Of a stretch of 64,000 bases of DNA, positions 28,675 to 42,826 are shown one piece after another. Both the position numbers and the translations under genes were made by a program. Numbering within the stretch: the first letter of the stretch is position 1; each line of letters opens with the position of its first letter. This DNA comes from Escherichia coli (GTDB taxonomy: Bacteria > Pseudomonadota > Gammaproteobacteria > Enterobacterales > Enterobacteriaceae), in assembly GCF_003991155.1 (NCBI RefSeq), contig NZ_CP031293.1. One strand, written 5' to 3'. The notes under the pieces are model-generated. The model did not search any database, was not told the DNA's origin, and saw only the letters and a program-made list of their open reading frames with translations.

Positions 28675-29335
28675 TTATGTTATTGATAAAGCACATGCCA
28701 TTGCGCAGACCTTCCGCGTTTGTTTGCCAGAGTTCGCCTATTTTACGGTGGATGACTGGCTGCAGCGGGAACGGGATAACTGGCAAGAAGTGGTCGACTT
28801 ACAGCTCGGTTGGGATATCACCGATTTTGGTCGTGGTGATTTCAACCAAACGGGACTAACACTGCTAACGATGCGCAACGGCGCGCTGGGGTCGGCGGCA
28901 TATCCAAAACCGTATGCTGAGAAAATGTTGCAGATCCAACAAGATCAGCAGACTCCCTGGCATTTTCACACCCACAAAATGGAAGATATCCTCAATCGGG
29001 GCGGTGGAGACTTATGCATGCAGTTGGCCTGGGCCAACGAAGCCAATCTCTGTGATGATCAACGAGTCATTACCGTGAGTGTTGATGGTCAGCGGCGTAC
29101 CATGAAACCTGGTGAAACGCTGGTGCTAAAGCCGGGGCAGGGCATTTGCCTGCCGCCGCGTCTGTATCATCGCTTCTGGGCGGAAAAAGCGTTTGTTCTC
29201 GGCTGGGAAATTTCGATGGTAAATGATGACCAACACGATAATTATTTTCTTGAGCCGGGAGGACGTTTTCCGGCGATAGAAGAAGATGAACCGGTGAAAT
29301 GGTTATTGTGCAGTGAGTATGGAATTTTGCGCTAA
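28655..29335 (+). CDS. cupin-superfamily sugar isomerase (D-lyxose/D-mannose isomerase-like)
   Basis: Histidine cluster WHFHTHKMEDI; start taken at ATG 28655 with RBS GGAGAA, overlapping the kinase stop. Confidence 0.65.
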   Translation: MKRSQINYVIDKAHAIAQTFRVCLPEFAYFTVDDWLQRERDNWQEVVDLQLGWDITDFGRGDFNQTGLTLLTMRNGALGSAAYPKPYAEKMLQIQQDQQTPWHFHTHKMEDILNRGGGDLCMQLAWANEANLCDDQRVITVSVDGQRRTMKPGETLVLKPGQGICLPPRLYHRFWAEKAFVLGWEISMVNDDQHDNYFLEPGGRFPAIEEDEPVKWLLCSEYGILR

Positions 29336-29344
29336 TAACGGGGA

Positions 29345-29372
29345 ACGCTAGCGCTGATATCCGCTAGCGTCC
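29345..29372. terminator. hairpin between convergent cupin gene and yicH
   Basis: GAACGCTAGCG...CGCTAGCGTCC imperfect inverted repeat followed by TTATTTTT. Confidence 0.5.
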
Positions 29373-29378
29373 TTATTT

Positions 29379-31088
29379 TTACTGCACCGGCTCCGTCGAC
29401 GTAACTTCACCACTGGAAACGACGCCCGCATTTATGGTTTGAGTCACTTGCTGCTTTGCGGCATTCACGGCATGCAATTGCCCGCTAACCGTAGGTTTCA
29501 GCGGGACATTGGCCTGAATATCGCCACTGGCGGTAAGCTGAATATTGCCGTCGCCAGTCAACGGTAATTCAGGCCATCCCCAATGTTGCAAAATATTCAC
29601 CGGCACACCGCGTCCATTCAGGCTGATATGGGTCTGACGTTGTGGCGTTTGTGAAACACTGGCGGTGGCTTCCAGAATGCCTTTTTCAGTAAATGCACTC
29701 AGTTCGCTGATATTCACCGTGCTGCTGTTGGCGGTCAGCGCCAGCGATGGGCGACGAACATCAACACGATTGAATGTCGCGGCGGCGGCATTCAGATTCG
29801 CCGAACCACTCCAGACGCCCCATTTATGATCGGTAACCAGCGTCAGGTTGGCACCGTAACCATCGAGCGCGGTGAGCTGCCACGGGAAGTCAGGGTCGAT
29901 ATCAATGATCAGATTGCGGCTGGCGCTAAATCTCTTCAGTTGCAGGCTGTTTAACCAACCGGGTGTCGTTTCCATCCACAACTGTTGCCAGTTTTTTGGC
30001 AAGGTATATTCCAGTCCGGCAATTGCCGCATCATCGAGGATCAACATTTTCCCGTCACGCAACCAGTTCCCTGACGTTCTGACCATGCCCCCTTCCCAGC
30101 GGCTGGTGAACTGGCGCAGTGCTACGCCCTGCGGGGAAAATTCCGCGTTTATAATCGGGTCAAATAAATGCAGCGAACCATAAATGAACTCGCTGGCGTT
30201 CATCGACAGTTTGCCTTCCTGTGTCTGCCAGTCATCTTTACTGAAGGTCATGTTGCGCAAGCTGAGATCGAGGTCGGTCACCGCCCAGTCCGGACCTTGC
30301 AAACGAGCATCGATCACTTCCAGGCGACCAATCTGCAACGACGGGACAGAGCGTAATGGCGCAAAGAAGTCGGTTAGCGATTTTTCGCTTTGTAGACGGA
30401 TATCCGCCATGCGCAGATTTTCCACTTGCCAGCTGCCGTCGGCGTTACGCTGCGCGTTTCCGGTTAATGTCCCGCGGGCGATGTCGGCACCCAGGTTAGT
30501 CAGCGTAACGCGATCGTTATCAATACTGCCTTCAATCAGTACATTGGTGGCAGGAACATCATTGAGCGAAAGCGATCCGGCACTAAACTGAATCTGCGCC
30601 TTCGTACCCAGCACTTTACCGGCTTCTGGTGACCACGGAACCACGCCGCCATTTACCCGCTGCGCGCTCAGTTTCCATTCGCTATTCGGGCTATTAAACG
30701 CCATATTACGCAGTTGCAGACGATCGGCTTTGAACGGTAGCGGCGCGGTCTGGTCGGTGAGATTCAGCGTCCCGTTTTCCAGCAGGATGGTATCGACATG
30801 GCGTGGTTCGGTCAGTTGCCGACTGCTTAGCGCAATGTCGACACTTTTTGCCACCAGGGTCGCGGGCTGGCCATCACGACCAAACGTGACGTTCTCCAGC
30901 ACGATATGAGATGGCGCGGAAAAACGGTGATCCATCGCCCCGAAGGCCAGATGATAGTCGCTATTCTCGGAAACCCATGCGCTGATATGTTCTGCTCCCC
31001 AGCGAGTTTGCAGAAGAAAATAGAGGCCAGCGATCACCACTAACAGAGCGATGAGAATGTAGAGAAGCAGCTTCCCAATAAATTTCAT
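29379..31088 (-). CDS. yicH: AsmA-family protein
   Basis: 569 aa from MKFIGKLLLYILIALL... Confidence 0.9.
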   Translation of the reverse strand: MKFIGKLLLYILIALLVVIAGLYFLLQTRWGAEHISAWVSENSDYHLAFGAMDHRFSAPSHIVLENVTFGRDGQPATLVAKSVDIALSSRQLTEPRHVDTILLENGTLNLTDQTAPLPFKADRLQLRNMAFNSPNSEWKLSAQRVNGGVVPWSPEAGKVLGTKAQIQFSAGSLSLNDVPATNVLIEGSIDNDRVTLTNLGADIARGTLTGNAQRNADGSWQVENLRMADIRLQSEKSLTDFFAPLRSVPSLQIGRLEVIDARLQGPDWAVTDLDLSLRNMTFSKDDWQTQEGKLSMNASEFIYGSLHLFDPIINAEFSPQGVALRQFTSRWEGGMVRTSGNWLRDGKMLILDDAAIAGLEYTLPKNWQQLWMETTPGWLNSLQLKRFSASRNLIIDIDPDFPWQLTALDGYGANLTLVTDHKWGVWSGSANLNAAAATFNRVDVRRPSLALTANSSTVNISELSAFTEKGILEATASVSQTPQRQTHISLNGRGVPVNILQHWGWPELPLTGDGNIQLTASGDIQANVPLKPTVSGQLHAVNAAKQQVTQTINAGVVSSGEVTSTEPVQ

Positions 31089-31208
31089 GGTCTTCCATCC
31101 CGTGAAATGCACATAAGGGAGTTATGCACGATTTACGCGCAATCCTCAAGGCGGGAATGGTGAAAGAGGTGAGACTGCGGCGGTAATTATCTTACCGCCG
31201 CCAGTGAA

Positions 31209-32600
31209 TTACTGTTTTTCTGGTGGGAAAATCAGATTCAGCACGATGGCAGTAATACCGCCCGCGGCGATCCCGGAGGAGAGCAGGTTTTTCAGCCATT
31301 CAGGGGCAAACTGCAAAATCAGCGGCTGCTGAGACACGCCCAGACCGACCGCCAGCGACAGCGCGATAATCAGAATCGCCCGGCGGTTCAGCGGCTCACG
31401 AGAAACGATACGCACACCGGAGGCGGCGATGGTGCCAAACATTACAAGCGTTGCGCCGCCCAGAACCGGTTCTGGAATGTGTTGTACAAAACCGCTCACT
31501 GCCGGGAACAGACCCAGCACGATCAACATCAGCGCGACGACAAAACCGACATAGCGGCTGGCAACACCGGTTAACTGGATCACCCCGTTGTTCTGCCCGA
31601 AGCAGGAGTTCGGGAAGGTATTAAATACCGCCGAGACAAACGAGTTCAGGCCGTTTGCCAGCACGCCGCCTTTCAGGCGTTTCATGTACAGCGGACCGGA
31701 AACCGGCTGTTCGGAAACGTCAGAGGTCGCCGTGATATCGCCAATGGTTTCCAGCGAAGTGATCATAAAGACCAGCATCAGCGGCAGCAGCAGACTCCAT
31801 TCAATGCCAAGACCGTAATAGAGCGGCGTTGGCACCATAATCAGTTCTTGCGTCATCGGTTCGTTGCTTTCTGGCAACATGTCCATAAACCACGCCAGCG
31901 CATATCCAGCCGCCATCGCAATCACCAGTGAGGCCACGCGTAAGTAAGGGTTACGTTGACGGTTAAGCAGGATAATTAAGGCTAAGACCACGCCTGCCAG
32001 CAGCAGATTTTTCGGTGCGCCGAAGGTGTTATCGCTCATGGCTGCGTAACCGCCGCCAATGGAGGTCAGTCCAACCTGAATTAGCGACAGGCCGATAATC
32101 ATCACCACAACGCCAGAAACCAGCGGCGTAATAATGCGGCGTGCCAGATGCAGAACGCGGGAGATCACCATCTCGGTACAACTTGCCAGCATCAACGTGC
32201 CGAACAAAGCCGCCATCATGGTAGGAACATCAGCACCACCGGTCTTCAGCGCTGTGCCGCCCATAATCAGCGGAGCAACAAAGTTGAAGCTGGTGCCCTG
32301 AATAGACAACAACCCGGAGCCAACCGGACCCCAGGCCTTAATTTGAATAATCGATGCCACACCGGAGGCAAACAGCGACATACTAATAATGTGTTGCGTG
32401 TCTTGTGCCGGTAAACCCAGCGCCTGGCAGATTAATAGCGCTGGCGTGATCACCGCAACGAACATCGCCAGCAAATGCTGACAGGCGGCAAACAGGGTTT
32501 GAGGAAGCGGCGGACGATCTTCAAGACGGTAAATCAGTTCGCTGTTTTGAGTCTGCGCAACCGGTTGCGCATTTTCTGACTCGAGGGTGGAAACAGACAT
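31209..32600 (-). CDS. xanP: xanthine permease (NCS2 family)
   Basis: 463 aa from [16 protein letters not shown]... Confidence 0.9.
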   Translation of the reverse strand: MSVSTLESENAQPVAQTQNSELIYRLEDRPPLPQTLFAACQHLLAMFVAVITPALLICQALGLPAQDTQHIISMSLFASGVASIIQIKAWGPVGSGLLSIQGTSFNFVAPLIMGGTALKTGGADVPTMMAALFGTLMLASCTEMVISRVLHLARRIITPLVSGVVVMIIGLSLIQVGLTSIGGGYAAMSDNTFGAPKNLLLAGVVLALIILLNRQRNPYLRVASLVIAMAAGYALAWFMDMLPESNEPMTQELIMVPTPLYYGLGIEWSLLLPLMLVFMITSLETIGDITATSDVSEQPVSGPLYMKRLKGGVLANGLNSFVSAVFNTFPNSCFGQNNGVIQLTGVASRYVGFVVALMLIVLGLFPAVSGFVQHIPEPVLGGATLVMFGTIAASGVRIVSREPLNRRAILIIALSLAVGLGVSQQPLILQFAPEWLKNLLSSGIAAGGITAIVLNLIFPPEKQ

Positions 32601-32879
32601 CGAAAACAATCCCGTGGTAGCAAAGCGGGCATTTTAGCTGACCGAAAGAGAAAAGCAAACGTTTGCCACATCCTCATCTAAATATTTAAATGAGATAAAT
32701 GTACTTTTTTATATAACTTTTAGTTGTTTTCTGCTTAAAATCCATGCCATTTTTCTAGTTTCAGCTAAGAATTCGAACCAGGAAAGCATGACTCGATACT
32801 CGTCATATTTCGCCTTACTGCAAATGCGCGATGAAGTATGACGAGTATGAAAGAGTGATGCGGACACAAAGGAGTAACT

Positions 32880-34085
32880 ATGTTTCATCTCGATACTTTA
32901 GCAACGCTTGTTGCCGCAACGCTGACGTTGCTGCTCGGGCGCAAGTTGGTCCATTCCGTCTCCTTTTTGAAGAAATACACCATACCGGAACCTGTTGCGG
33001 GTGGTTTATTAGTGGCGCTGGCGCTGCTGATACTGAAAAAAAGCATGGGCTGGGAAGTCAACTTTGATATGTCCCTGCGCGATCCGTTGATGCTGGCTTT
33101 CTTCGCCACCATTGGCCTGAACGCCAACCTTGCCAGTTTGCGTGCCGGTGGGCGTGTGGTTGGCATCTTCTTGATTGTGGTTGTTGGTCTGTTGGTGATG
33201 CAAAATGCCATTGGCATTGGTATGGCTAGCCTGTTAGGGCTTGATCCGCTGATGGGGCTGTTGGCCGGTTCTATTACGCTTTCCGGCGGTCACGGTACGG
33301 GCGCTGCGTGGAGTAAATTGTTCATTGAACGTTATGGCTTCACCAATGCGACAGAAGTGGCGATGGCCTGTGCAACGTTCGGTTTGGTGCTGGGCGGCTT
33401 GATTGGCGGTCCGGTGGCACGCTATCTGGTGAAACACTCTACCACACCGAACGGTATTCCGGATGACCAGGAAGTTCCGACCGCGTTCGAAAAGCCGGAT
33501 GTGGGCCGCATGATCACCTCGCTGGTGTTGATTGAAACTATCGCGCTGATTGCTATCTGCCTGACGGTGGGGAAAATTGTTGCGCAACTTTTGGCTGGTA
33601 CTGCTTTTGAACTACCGACCTTCGTCTGTGTACTATTTGTTGGCGTGATTCTGAGCAACGGTCTGTCAATGATGGGCTTTTACCGCGTCTTTGAGCGAGC
33701 GGTATCCGTGCTGGGTAACGTAAGCCTGTCGTTGTTCCTGGCGATGGCGTTGATGGGGCTGAAACTGTGGGAGCTGGCTTCGCTGGCGCTGCCGATGCTG
33801 GCGATTCTGGTGGTACAGACCATCTTCATGGCGTTGTATGCCATCTTCGTTACCTGGCGCATGATGGGCAAAAACTACGATGCGGCAGTGCTGGCTGCGG
33901 GTCACTGTGGCTTTGGCCTTGGCGCAACGCCAACAGCAATCGCCAACATGCAGGCGATCACTGAACGCTTTGGCCCGTCGCACATGGCGTTCCTGGTAGT
34001 GCCGATGGTCGGTGCGTTCTTTATCGATATCGTCAATGCGCTGGTGATTAAGCTGTATTTGATGTTGCCGATTTTTGCCGGTTAA
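32880..34085 (+). CDS. gltS: sodium/glutamate symporter
   Basis: 401 aa polytopic protein; conserved position between xanP and recG. Confidence 0.9.
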   Translation: MFHLDTLATLVAATLTLLLGRKLVHSVSFLKKYTIPEPVAGGLLVALALLILKKSMGWEVNFDMSLRDPLMLAFFATIGLNANLASLRAGGRVVGIFLIVVVGLLVMQNAIGIGMASLLGLDPLMGLLAGSITLSGGHGTGAAWSKLFIERYGFTNATEVAMACATFGLVLGGLIGGPVARYLVKHSTTPNGIPDDQEVPTAFEKPDVGRMITSLVLIETIALIAICLTVGKIVAQLLAGTAFELPTFVCVLFVGVILSNGLSMMGFYRVFERAVSVLGNVSLSLFLAMALMGLKLWELASLALPMLAILVVQTIFMALYAIFVTWRMMGKNYDAAVLAAGHCGFGLGATPTAIANMQAITERFGPSHMAFLVVPMVGAFFIDIVNALVIKLYLMLPIFAG

Positions 34086-34091
34086 CCGATG

Positions 34092-34118
34092 AAGCGGCGG
34101 TATTCTCACCGCCGCCTT
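34092..34118. terminator. hairpin between convergent gltS and recG
   Basis: AAGCGGCGGT...ACCGCCGCCTT inverted repeat followed by TTTAC. Confidence 0.55.
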
Positions 34119-36200
34119 TTACGCATTCGAGTAACGTTCCGTCTCCGGCATCCAGCGTTCTATCAGGGCTTTTGCCTGTTGTGGGTAACGTTCGTGAATA
34201 TGTCGCGCCAGGCGCTGAACTTCCGGGATCATCGCCTGATCGCGCAGTAAATCCGCCACTTTAAATTCAGCATTACCCGTCTGACGCGTACCTAACAGTT
34301 CACCCGGTCCGCGAATCTCTAAGTCTTTCTGTGCAATCACAAAACCGTCGTTGCTGTCGCGCAGCACTTGCAGCCGAATTTGCGCGGTTTTGGAGAGCGG
34401 CGTTTTGTAGAGCAGCACGCAGTGAGAAGCCACCGCACCACGACCTACACGCCCGCGAAGCTGGTGTAACTGCGCCAGACCCAGACGCTCAGGGTTTTCG
34501 ATAATCATCAGACTGGCGTTAGGCACATCAACACCGACTTCAATAACGGTAGTGGCAACCAGCAGGTGTAACTCGCCTTGTTTAAATGATGCCATGACGG
34601 CCTGCTTCTCGGCTGGTTTCATCCGTCCGTGTACCAGACCAACATTCAACTCTGGTAGCGCCAGTTTCAACTCTTCCCAGGTAGCTTCCGCCGCCTGTGC
34701 TTCCAGTAATTCTGATTCTTCAATGAGTGTGCACACCCAGTACGCCTGACGCCCTTCAGTCATACAGGCGTGGCGCACGCGGTCGATAATGTCGTTGCGG
34801 CGGGTATCCGGGATTGCCACTGTCGTCACTGGCGTGCGGCCTGGCGGCAGCTCATCTATCACCGAGGTATCGAGATCGGCATATGCAGTCATTGCCAGCG
34901 TGCGGGGGATCGGCGTGGCGGTCATGATCAACTGATGCGGATGGAAGCCCTGCTGCTGGCCTTTCTCCCATAACGCCAGACGCTGATGCACGCCAAAACG
35001 ATGCTGTTCGTCGATAATCACCAGCGCCAGGCCGTTAAACTGCACCTGTTCCTGGAAGATGGCGTGTGTACCGACAATCATCTGCACCTGACCGCTGGCG
35101 ATGGCTTCCTGCTGTGCCAGTCGTGCTTTACCTTTCTGTTTACCGGCGAGCCAGCCCACTTCGATACCGAGCGGAGCAAACCAGTTACGGAAGTTATTGG
35201 CGTGCTGCTCGGCGAGTAATTCGGTTGGTGCCATCAATGCCACCTGTTTGCCGTGCGCAATCGCACGCAACGCGGCGAGGGCGGCGACCAGCGTTTTACC
35301 GGAACCTACATCGCCCTGCACCAGGCGCATCATTGGCACATCCAGCGCCATATCGCGCTCGATCTCCGCCACTACGCGTGCCTGTGCGCCCGTTGGTTTG
35401 AACGGTAAGGCGGCGAGGAGTTTATTTTTCAGCGCGTCATTGGCGCTCAGCGGCTGGGCATGAAAACGCTGTGCTCCGGCACGTAAGGCTAACATGCTGA
35501 GGTTGTGCGCCAGCAACTCTTCCAGAATCAGCCGGCGTTGTGCCGGATGCTGCCCGGTTTCGAGATCGCTAAGCTGTAGCGTCGGCGGCGGGCGGTGCAA
35601 AGTGCGCAACGCTTCCGGTAGCGTCATCATTCCTTGTGACAGTTCCGGCGGCAGGAGTTCTTCAATGGCGCATGTGTCGAGCAGATCCAGCGCCTGGTCG
35701 GTTAATTTACGCAGCGTAGCCTGCTTTACGCCTTCCGTAGTTGGATAAACCGGTGTAAGCGTTTCCTGCAACTCTGGCGTACTGAGATCGCCCTGCACGC
35801 GGTATTCCGGGTGGATCATCTCCGCACCATATTTGCCGCGCTTTGCTTCTCCATAGGCCAGCACGCGGCGGCCCGTCGCCAGGCTATTTTTCATTGCCGC
35901 GTTGAAGTTGAAAAAGCGCATGGTGAGAATGCCGGAACCGTCGCTGATCTGGCAGGTCATCATCCGCCGACCGCCGAAGGAGATATTGCAGTTCAGCACT
36001 TCGCCTTCCACCGTGGCATAAACACCCGGCAGTAGTTCACCGATGGGGTAGAGATGGGTGCGATCTTCGTAGCGCAGAGGAAGGTGTAAGAGCAAATCCT
36101 GTACGGTATGCAGGTTGATTTTCGCCAGCTTGTTACTAAGCGCTGCGCCAACGCCCGTTAGGGAACTGAGCGGGACAGCATCTAACAGGCGACCTTTCAT
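34119..36200 (-). CDS. recG: ATP-dependent DNA helicase RecG
   Basis: 693 aa from MKGRLLDAVPLSSLTGVGAA...; Walker A GDVGSGKT; DEQH box. Confidence 0.95.
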   Translation of the reverse strand: MKGRLLDAVPLSSLTGVGAALSNKLAKINLHTVQDLLLHLPLRYEDRTHLYPIGELLPGVYATVEGEVLNCNISFGGRRMMTCQISDGSGILTMRFFNFNAAMKNSLATGRRVLAYGEAKRGKYGAEMIHPEYRVQGDLSTPELQETLTPVYPTTEGVKQATLRKLTDQALDLLDTCAIEELLPPELSQGMMTLPEALRTLHRPPPTLQLSDLETGQHPAQRRLILEELLAHNLSMLALRAGAQRFHAQPLSANDALKNKLLAALPFKPTGAQARVVAEIERDMALDVPMMRLVQGDVGSGKTLVAALAALRAIAHGKQVALMAPTELLAEQHANNFRNWFAPLGIEVGWLAGKQKGKARLAQQEAIASGQVQMIVGTHAIFQEQVQFNGLALVIIDEQHRFGVHQRLALWEKGQQQGFHPHQLIMTATPIPRTLAMTAYADLDTSVIDELPPGRTPVTTVAIPDTRRNDIIDRVRHACMTEGRQAYWVCTLIEESELLEAQAAEATWEELKLALPELNVGLVHGRMKPAEKQAVMASFKQGELHLLVATTVIEVGVDVPNASLMIIENPERLGLAQLHQLRGRVGRGAVASHCVLLYKTPLSKTAQIRLQVLRDSNDGFVIAQKDLEIRGPGELLGTRQTGNAEFKVADLLRDQAMIPEVQRLARHIHERYPQQAKALIERWMPETERYSNA

Positions 36201-36205
36201 GGCAC

Positions 36206-36895
36206 TTATCCTGCAGCCTGCATGGTAGCCCACCAGTCGGCATCAGCTTCAATTTCGCCCTGCTGATTGACGTGGGGGTAAGGCAGGCCTTTGCGTTTTG
36301 CGACTTTCGCCAGCACCGGATAGCCGCCTTCAAACAACAGGCGTTGTTGCTCTGCTTCCGGCAACATGCTGTTTTCACGCAGGTACATGCCCGCATTTTG
36401 CCGCTGGCGCTGGGCTTCGTAAAGAATGAGGGCTGAGGCAACGGAAACATTCAGCGATTGCACCATGCCAATCATCGGAATGATGATGTCCCGATCCGCC
36501 AGGGCCAACGCTTCCTGCGTGATGCCTGTTTTCTCCTGTCCCATCAAAATACAGGTCGGGCGAGTGTAATCAATTTCGCGGAAATCGACAGCGTTATCAG
36601 AAAGATGGGTTGCCAGAATCTGCATGCCCTGGCCTTTCAGATGAGCGACGGCATCGCCAATGGTGCGGTGCGTTTTCACCTGTACCCAGCTGTTACTACC
36701 CGCAGCTGCCGAAGCCATGGTGCGCATCCGGCTACCAGGCCAGACAGCATGAACTTCATGTACACCAACGGCATCTGCGGTACGAATAATCGCAGAAACG
36801 TTATGAGGTTTGTGGACCTGCTCCATGCAGACGGTCAGATCAGGCTGCCGCCTGGCGAGCATTTCGCAGATACGTGCATAACGTGTTGGGTTCAT
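36206..36895 (-). CDS. trmH: tRNA (Gm18) 2'-O-methyltransferase
   Basis: 229 aa SpoU-family methyltransferase between spoT and recG. Confidence 0.9.
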   Translation of the reverse strand: MNPTRYARICEMLARRQPDLTVCMEQVHKPHNVSAIIRTADAVGVHEVHAVWPGSRMRTMASAAAGSNSWVQVKTHRTIGDAVAHLKGQGMQILATHLSDNAVDFREIDYTRPTCILMGQEKTGITQEALALADRDIIIPMIGMVQSLNVSVASALILYEAQRQRQNAGMYLRENSMLPEAEQQRLLFEGGYPVLAKVAKRKGLPYPHVNQQGEIEADADWWATMQAAG

Positions 36896-36901
36896 AAAAC
36901 A

Positions 36902-39010
36902 TTAATTTCGGTTTCGGGTGACTTTAATCACGTCTGGCATCACGCGGATTTTGCGCATGATATTCGCCAGATGCACACGGTCACGGGCGGTCAGACGAAT
37001 AAAGGCGCTGTAGACGCGACCATCTTTCTCTTCCGTATTCAAACTTTGAATATTCGAGGTCGTGGTGTTAATTGCCGCTGTCAGGTTTGCCAGCGCGCCC
37101 TGATGATTGAACATCTCCACCTTGATTTCGGTGATGAACTCCTGCGCCGTCTCTTTATCCCATTCCACAGCCATAAACTTCTCTGGCTCTTTCTGGTAGC
37201 CACGGATGTTACGGCAGGATTCATGGTGGATCACCAGACCTTTACCGGGGCTCACGTGGGCGATAATCGGGTCGCCAGGAATAGGGCGGCAGCATTTCGC
37301 AAAGGTGATCAGCACGCCATCGGCACCTTTAATGGGCAGATGTCCGTGACTTTGGGTTGCCGGTGGAATGGAGGCGTCCCCATGTTGCAGATTTTTCGCG
37401 ACCACCACGCTCATTGCGTTACCAAGGCCGATTTCAGCCAGCAGATCGTCAAGCGTTGCCAGCTTCATGCGGTCCAGCTCGCGCTGAATATTTTCCTGCG
37501 GGATTTCATTGAGCTTACGGCTACCACCCAACGCATGGTTGAGCAGACGACGTCCCAGGCTTACAGAATCATCACGCTTGAGGTTTTTCAGCAACTGACG
37601 AATTTTGGCGCGCGCTTTCGAGCTGACGACAAAGTTCAGCCACGCGGCATTCGGGCGAGCGCCCGGTGCGGTAATGATTTCAACGGTTTGACCGCTGGTA
37701 AGCGGCTGCGACAGCGGGTAAGGCTGACGGTCGACACGCGCGCCCACGCAGGCATGACCGATATCGGTATGCACCGCATAAGCGAAGTCGACGGGCGTTG
37801 CACCGGCAGGCAGTTCGACAATGCGCCCTTCCGGTGTGAAAACGTAAATCTCATCCGGGAAGAGATCGGATTTAACGCTCTCGATAAATTCAAACGAGCT
37901 ACCGGCACTCTGTTGCAGCTCCAGCAGGCTTTGCATCCAGCGCTGGGCGCGGATTTGCGCGGTGGTGCTGGTTTCGCCGTGCTCTTTATAAGCCCAGTGC
38001 GCGGCAACACCCATCTCCGCCATCTGATCCATATCTTCGGTACGGATTTGGACCTCAACCGGCACGCCGTGCGGGCCAATCATCGAGGTGTGCAAAGACT
38101 GATAGCCGTTCGCTTTTGGAATGGCGATGTAGTCTTTCACGCGACCCGGACGCGGCTTGTACAGGCTATGCATTTGCCCGAGCACGCGATAACAGGTGTC
38201 GGAATCATTGACGATCACGCGGAAAGCGTAGATGTCCATGATTGAGTGAAAACGCTGCTCTTTGAGCACCATTTTGCAGTAGATCGAATAAAGATGCTTC
38301 TCGCGACCACTGACGCGGCACGGTATTCCCGCTTCCTGCAAACGCCCTTCGATTTCAGAGAGGATTTTTTGGATCATCTCTTTACGGTTGCCGCGTGCGG
38401 CTTTCACCACTTCTTTGATTACGCGGTAACGGTTGGGATACAGCGCCTCAAAACCCAGCTCTTCGAGTTCGGTTTTAATGTGGTGGATACCTAAACGGTG
38501 CGCCAGCGGGCTGTAAATTTCGAGTGTTTCACGGGCGATGCGGCGACGTTTGTCCGGGCGAAGTGAGCCCAGCGTGCGCATGTTGTGGGTACGGTCGGCA
38601 AGTTTGATGAGAATGACGCGGATATCCTGCACCATCGCCATAATCATCTTGCGAAAGTTTTCGGCCTGCGCCTCTTTCTTATCGCGGAACTTGAGCTTAT
38701 CAAGTTTCGACACCCCCTCTACCAGCTCGGCGACGCTTTTACCAAAAAGCTGTTCCATGTCCTGGTAGGTGGCGGGAGTATCTTCAATCACGTCATGCAG
38801 CAGCGCCGCCATCAGCGTTTCATAGTCGAGTTTCATCTCGGCCAGAATGCAGGCAACCGCCACCGGGTGCGTGATATAGGGTTCACCGCTTGAACGTGTT
38901 TGCCCCTCGTGAGCATCACGTGCAACGAGATACGCCTGCCGCAGACGCTTGATTTGGTCTTCCGGCAGGTAGGTTTGAATCAGTTGATTCAGGCTTTCAA
39001 ACAGATACAA
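36902..39010 (-). CDS. spoT: bifunctional (p)ppGpp synthetase/hydrolase
   Basis: 702 aa; HD domain, synthetase domain, TGS and ACT regions. Confidence 0.95.
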   Translation of the reverse strand: MYLFESLNQLIQTYLPEDQIKRLRQAYLVARDAHEGQTRSSGEPYITHPVAVACILAEMKLDYETLMAALLHDVIEDTPATYQDMEQLFGKSVAELVEGVSKLDKLKFRDKKEAQAENFRKMIMAMVQDIRVILIKLADRTHNMRTLGSLRPDKRRRIARETLEIYSPLAHRLGIHHIKTELEELGFEALYPNRYRVIKEVVKAARGNRKEMIQKILSEIEGRLQEAGIPCRVSGREKHLYSIYCKMVLKEQRFHSIMDIYAFRVIVNDSDTCYRVLGQMHSLYKPRPGRVKDYIAIPKANGYQSLHTSMIGPHGVPVEVQIRTEDMDQMAEMGVAAHWAYKEHGETSTTAQIRAQRWMQSLLELQQSAGSSFEFIESVKSDLFPDEIYVFTPEGRIVELPAGATPVDFAYAVHTDIGHACVGARVDRQPYPLSQPLTSGQTVEIITAPGARPNAAWLNFVVSSKARAKIRQLLKNLKRDDSVSLGRRLLNHALGGSRKLNEIPQENIQRELDRMKLATLDDLLAEIGLGNAMSVVVAKNLQHGDASIPPATQSHGHLPIKGADGVLITFAKCCRPIPGDPIIAHVSPGKGLVIHHESCRNIRGYQKEPEKFMAVEWDKETAQEFITEIKVEMFNHQGALANLTAAINTTTSNIQSLNTEEKDGRVYSAFIRLTARDRVHLANIMRKIRVMPDVIKVTRNRN

Positions 39011-39028
39011 GGGCGACCCGCTTTGTGA

Positions 39029-39304
39029 TTAACGACGACCTTCAGCAATAGCGGTAACGGCTTGTAATTCAGCGGCTTCCTGCTCTTGCTGTTCCTGGCG
39101 TTCACGAACGTCGAGGATCTGGTTGTTGATCAGACCTTCTTCGATTTCGCGCAGCGCGATTACAGTGGTTTTATCGTTTTCTTCCGGTACCAGCGGATCC
39201 TTTCCGCCTACCTGCATCTGACGAGCGCGACGCGCGGCGACCAGTACCAGGTCAAAACGGTTACCAATTTTCTCTACAGCGTCCTGAACAGTTACGCGTG
39301 CCAT
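39029..39304 (-). CDS. rpoZ: RNA polymerase omega subunit
   Basis: 91 aa [29 protein letters not shown]... Confidence 0.95.
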
Positions 39305-39358
39305 ACTTAAAAAGCTCCACAGGTGAAGAAATGACTGGGCATGATACTGAAATCAGGT

Positions 39359-40146
<788 letters not shown>

Positions 40147-40147
40147 C

Positions 40148-42536
<2,389 letters not shown>

Positions 42537-42826
42537 GGTTCTCTCCCTAAAAATCTGTCTGGCAGGGTAGCGATTTGTGCGTATTGTCACGATTGAGATT
42601 TTTTAAGGTGAGAGGAAATTGATAACTTTTAGTTATGTGAAATCGCTATTTTCTGTAGCGTAGATGTATTCTTCTGACTTCTTGTCTGAGAAAATGCATA
42701 AGAAAAAATAGGTTAAAATTGAGGGTGGAAAAGAAAGGTGCAATGTTTAGCCATTGTGTTCACCGCACCTGGACTTTGGCTTACGCATCGGGTATCTCAA
42801 TCAACAAAAAGAGTTTTTAGTTTCTG

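Noticed and set aside
33234-34109. Minus-strand ORFs of 63-147 aa within gltS
   Set aside because: Antisense to gltS; histidine/arginine/glutamine-rich products typical of reverse-frame artefacts
34552-36035. Several 65-120-aa plus-strand ORFs inside recG
   Set aside because: All antisense to a full-length recG; arginine/alanine-rich low-complexity translations
36458-38245. 595-aa ORF on the plus strand
   Set aside because: Lies entirely antisense to spoT, which has a full-length conserved product; its length reflects GC-rich codon bias, not a gene
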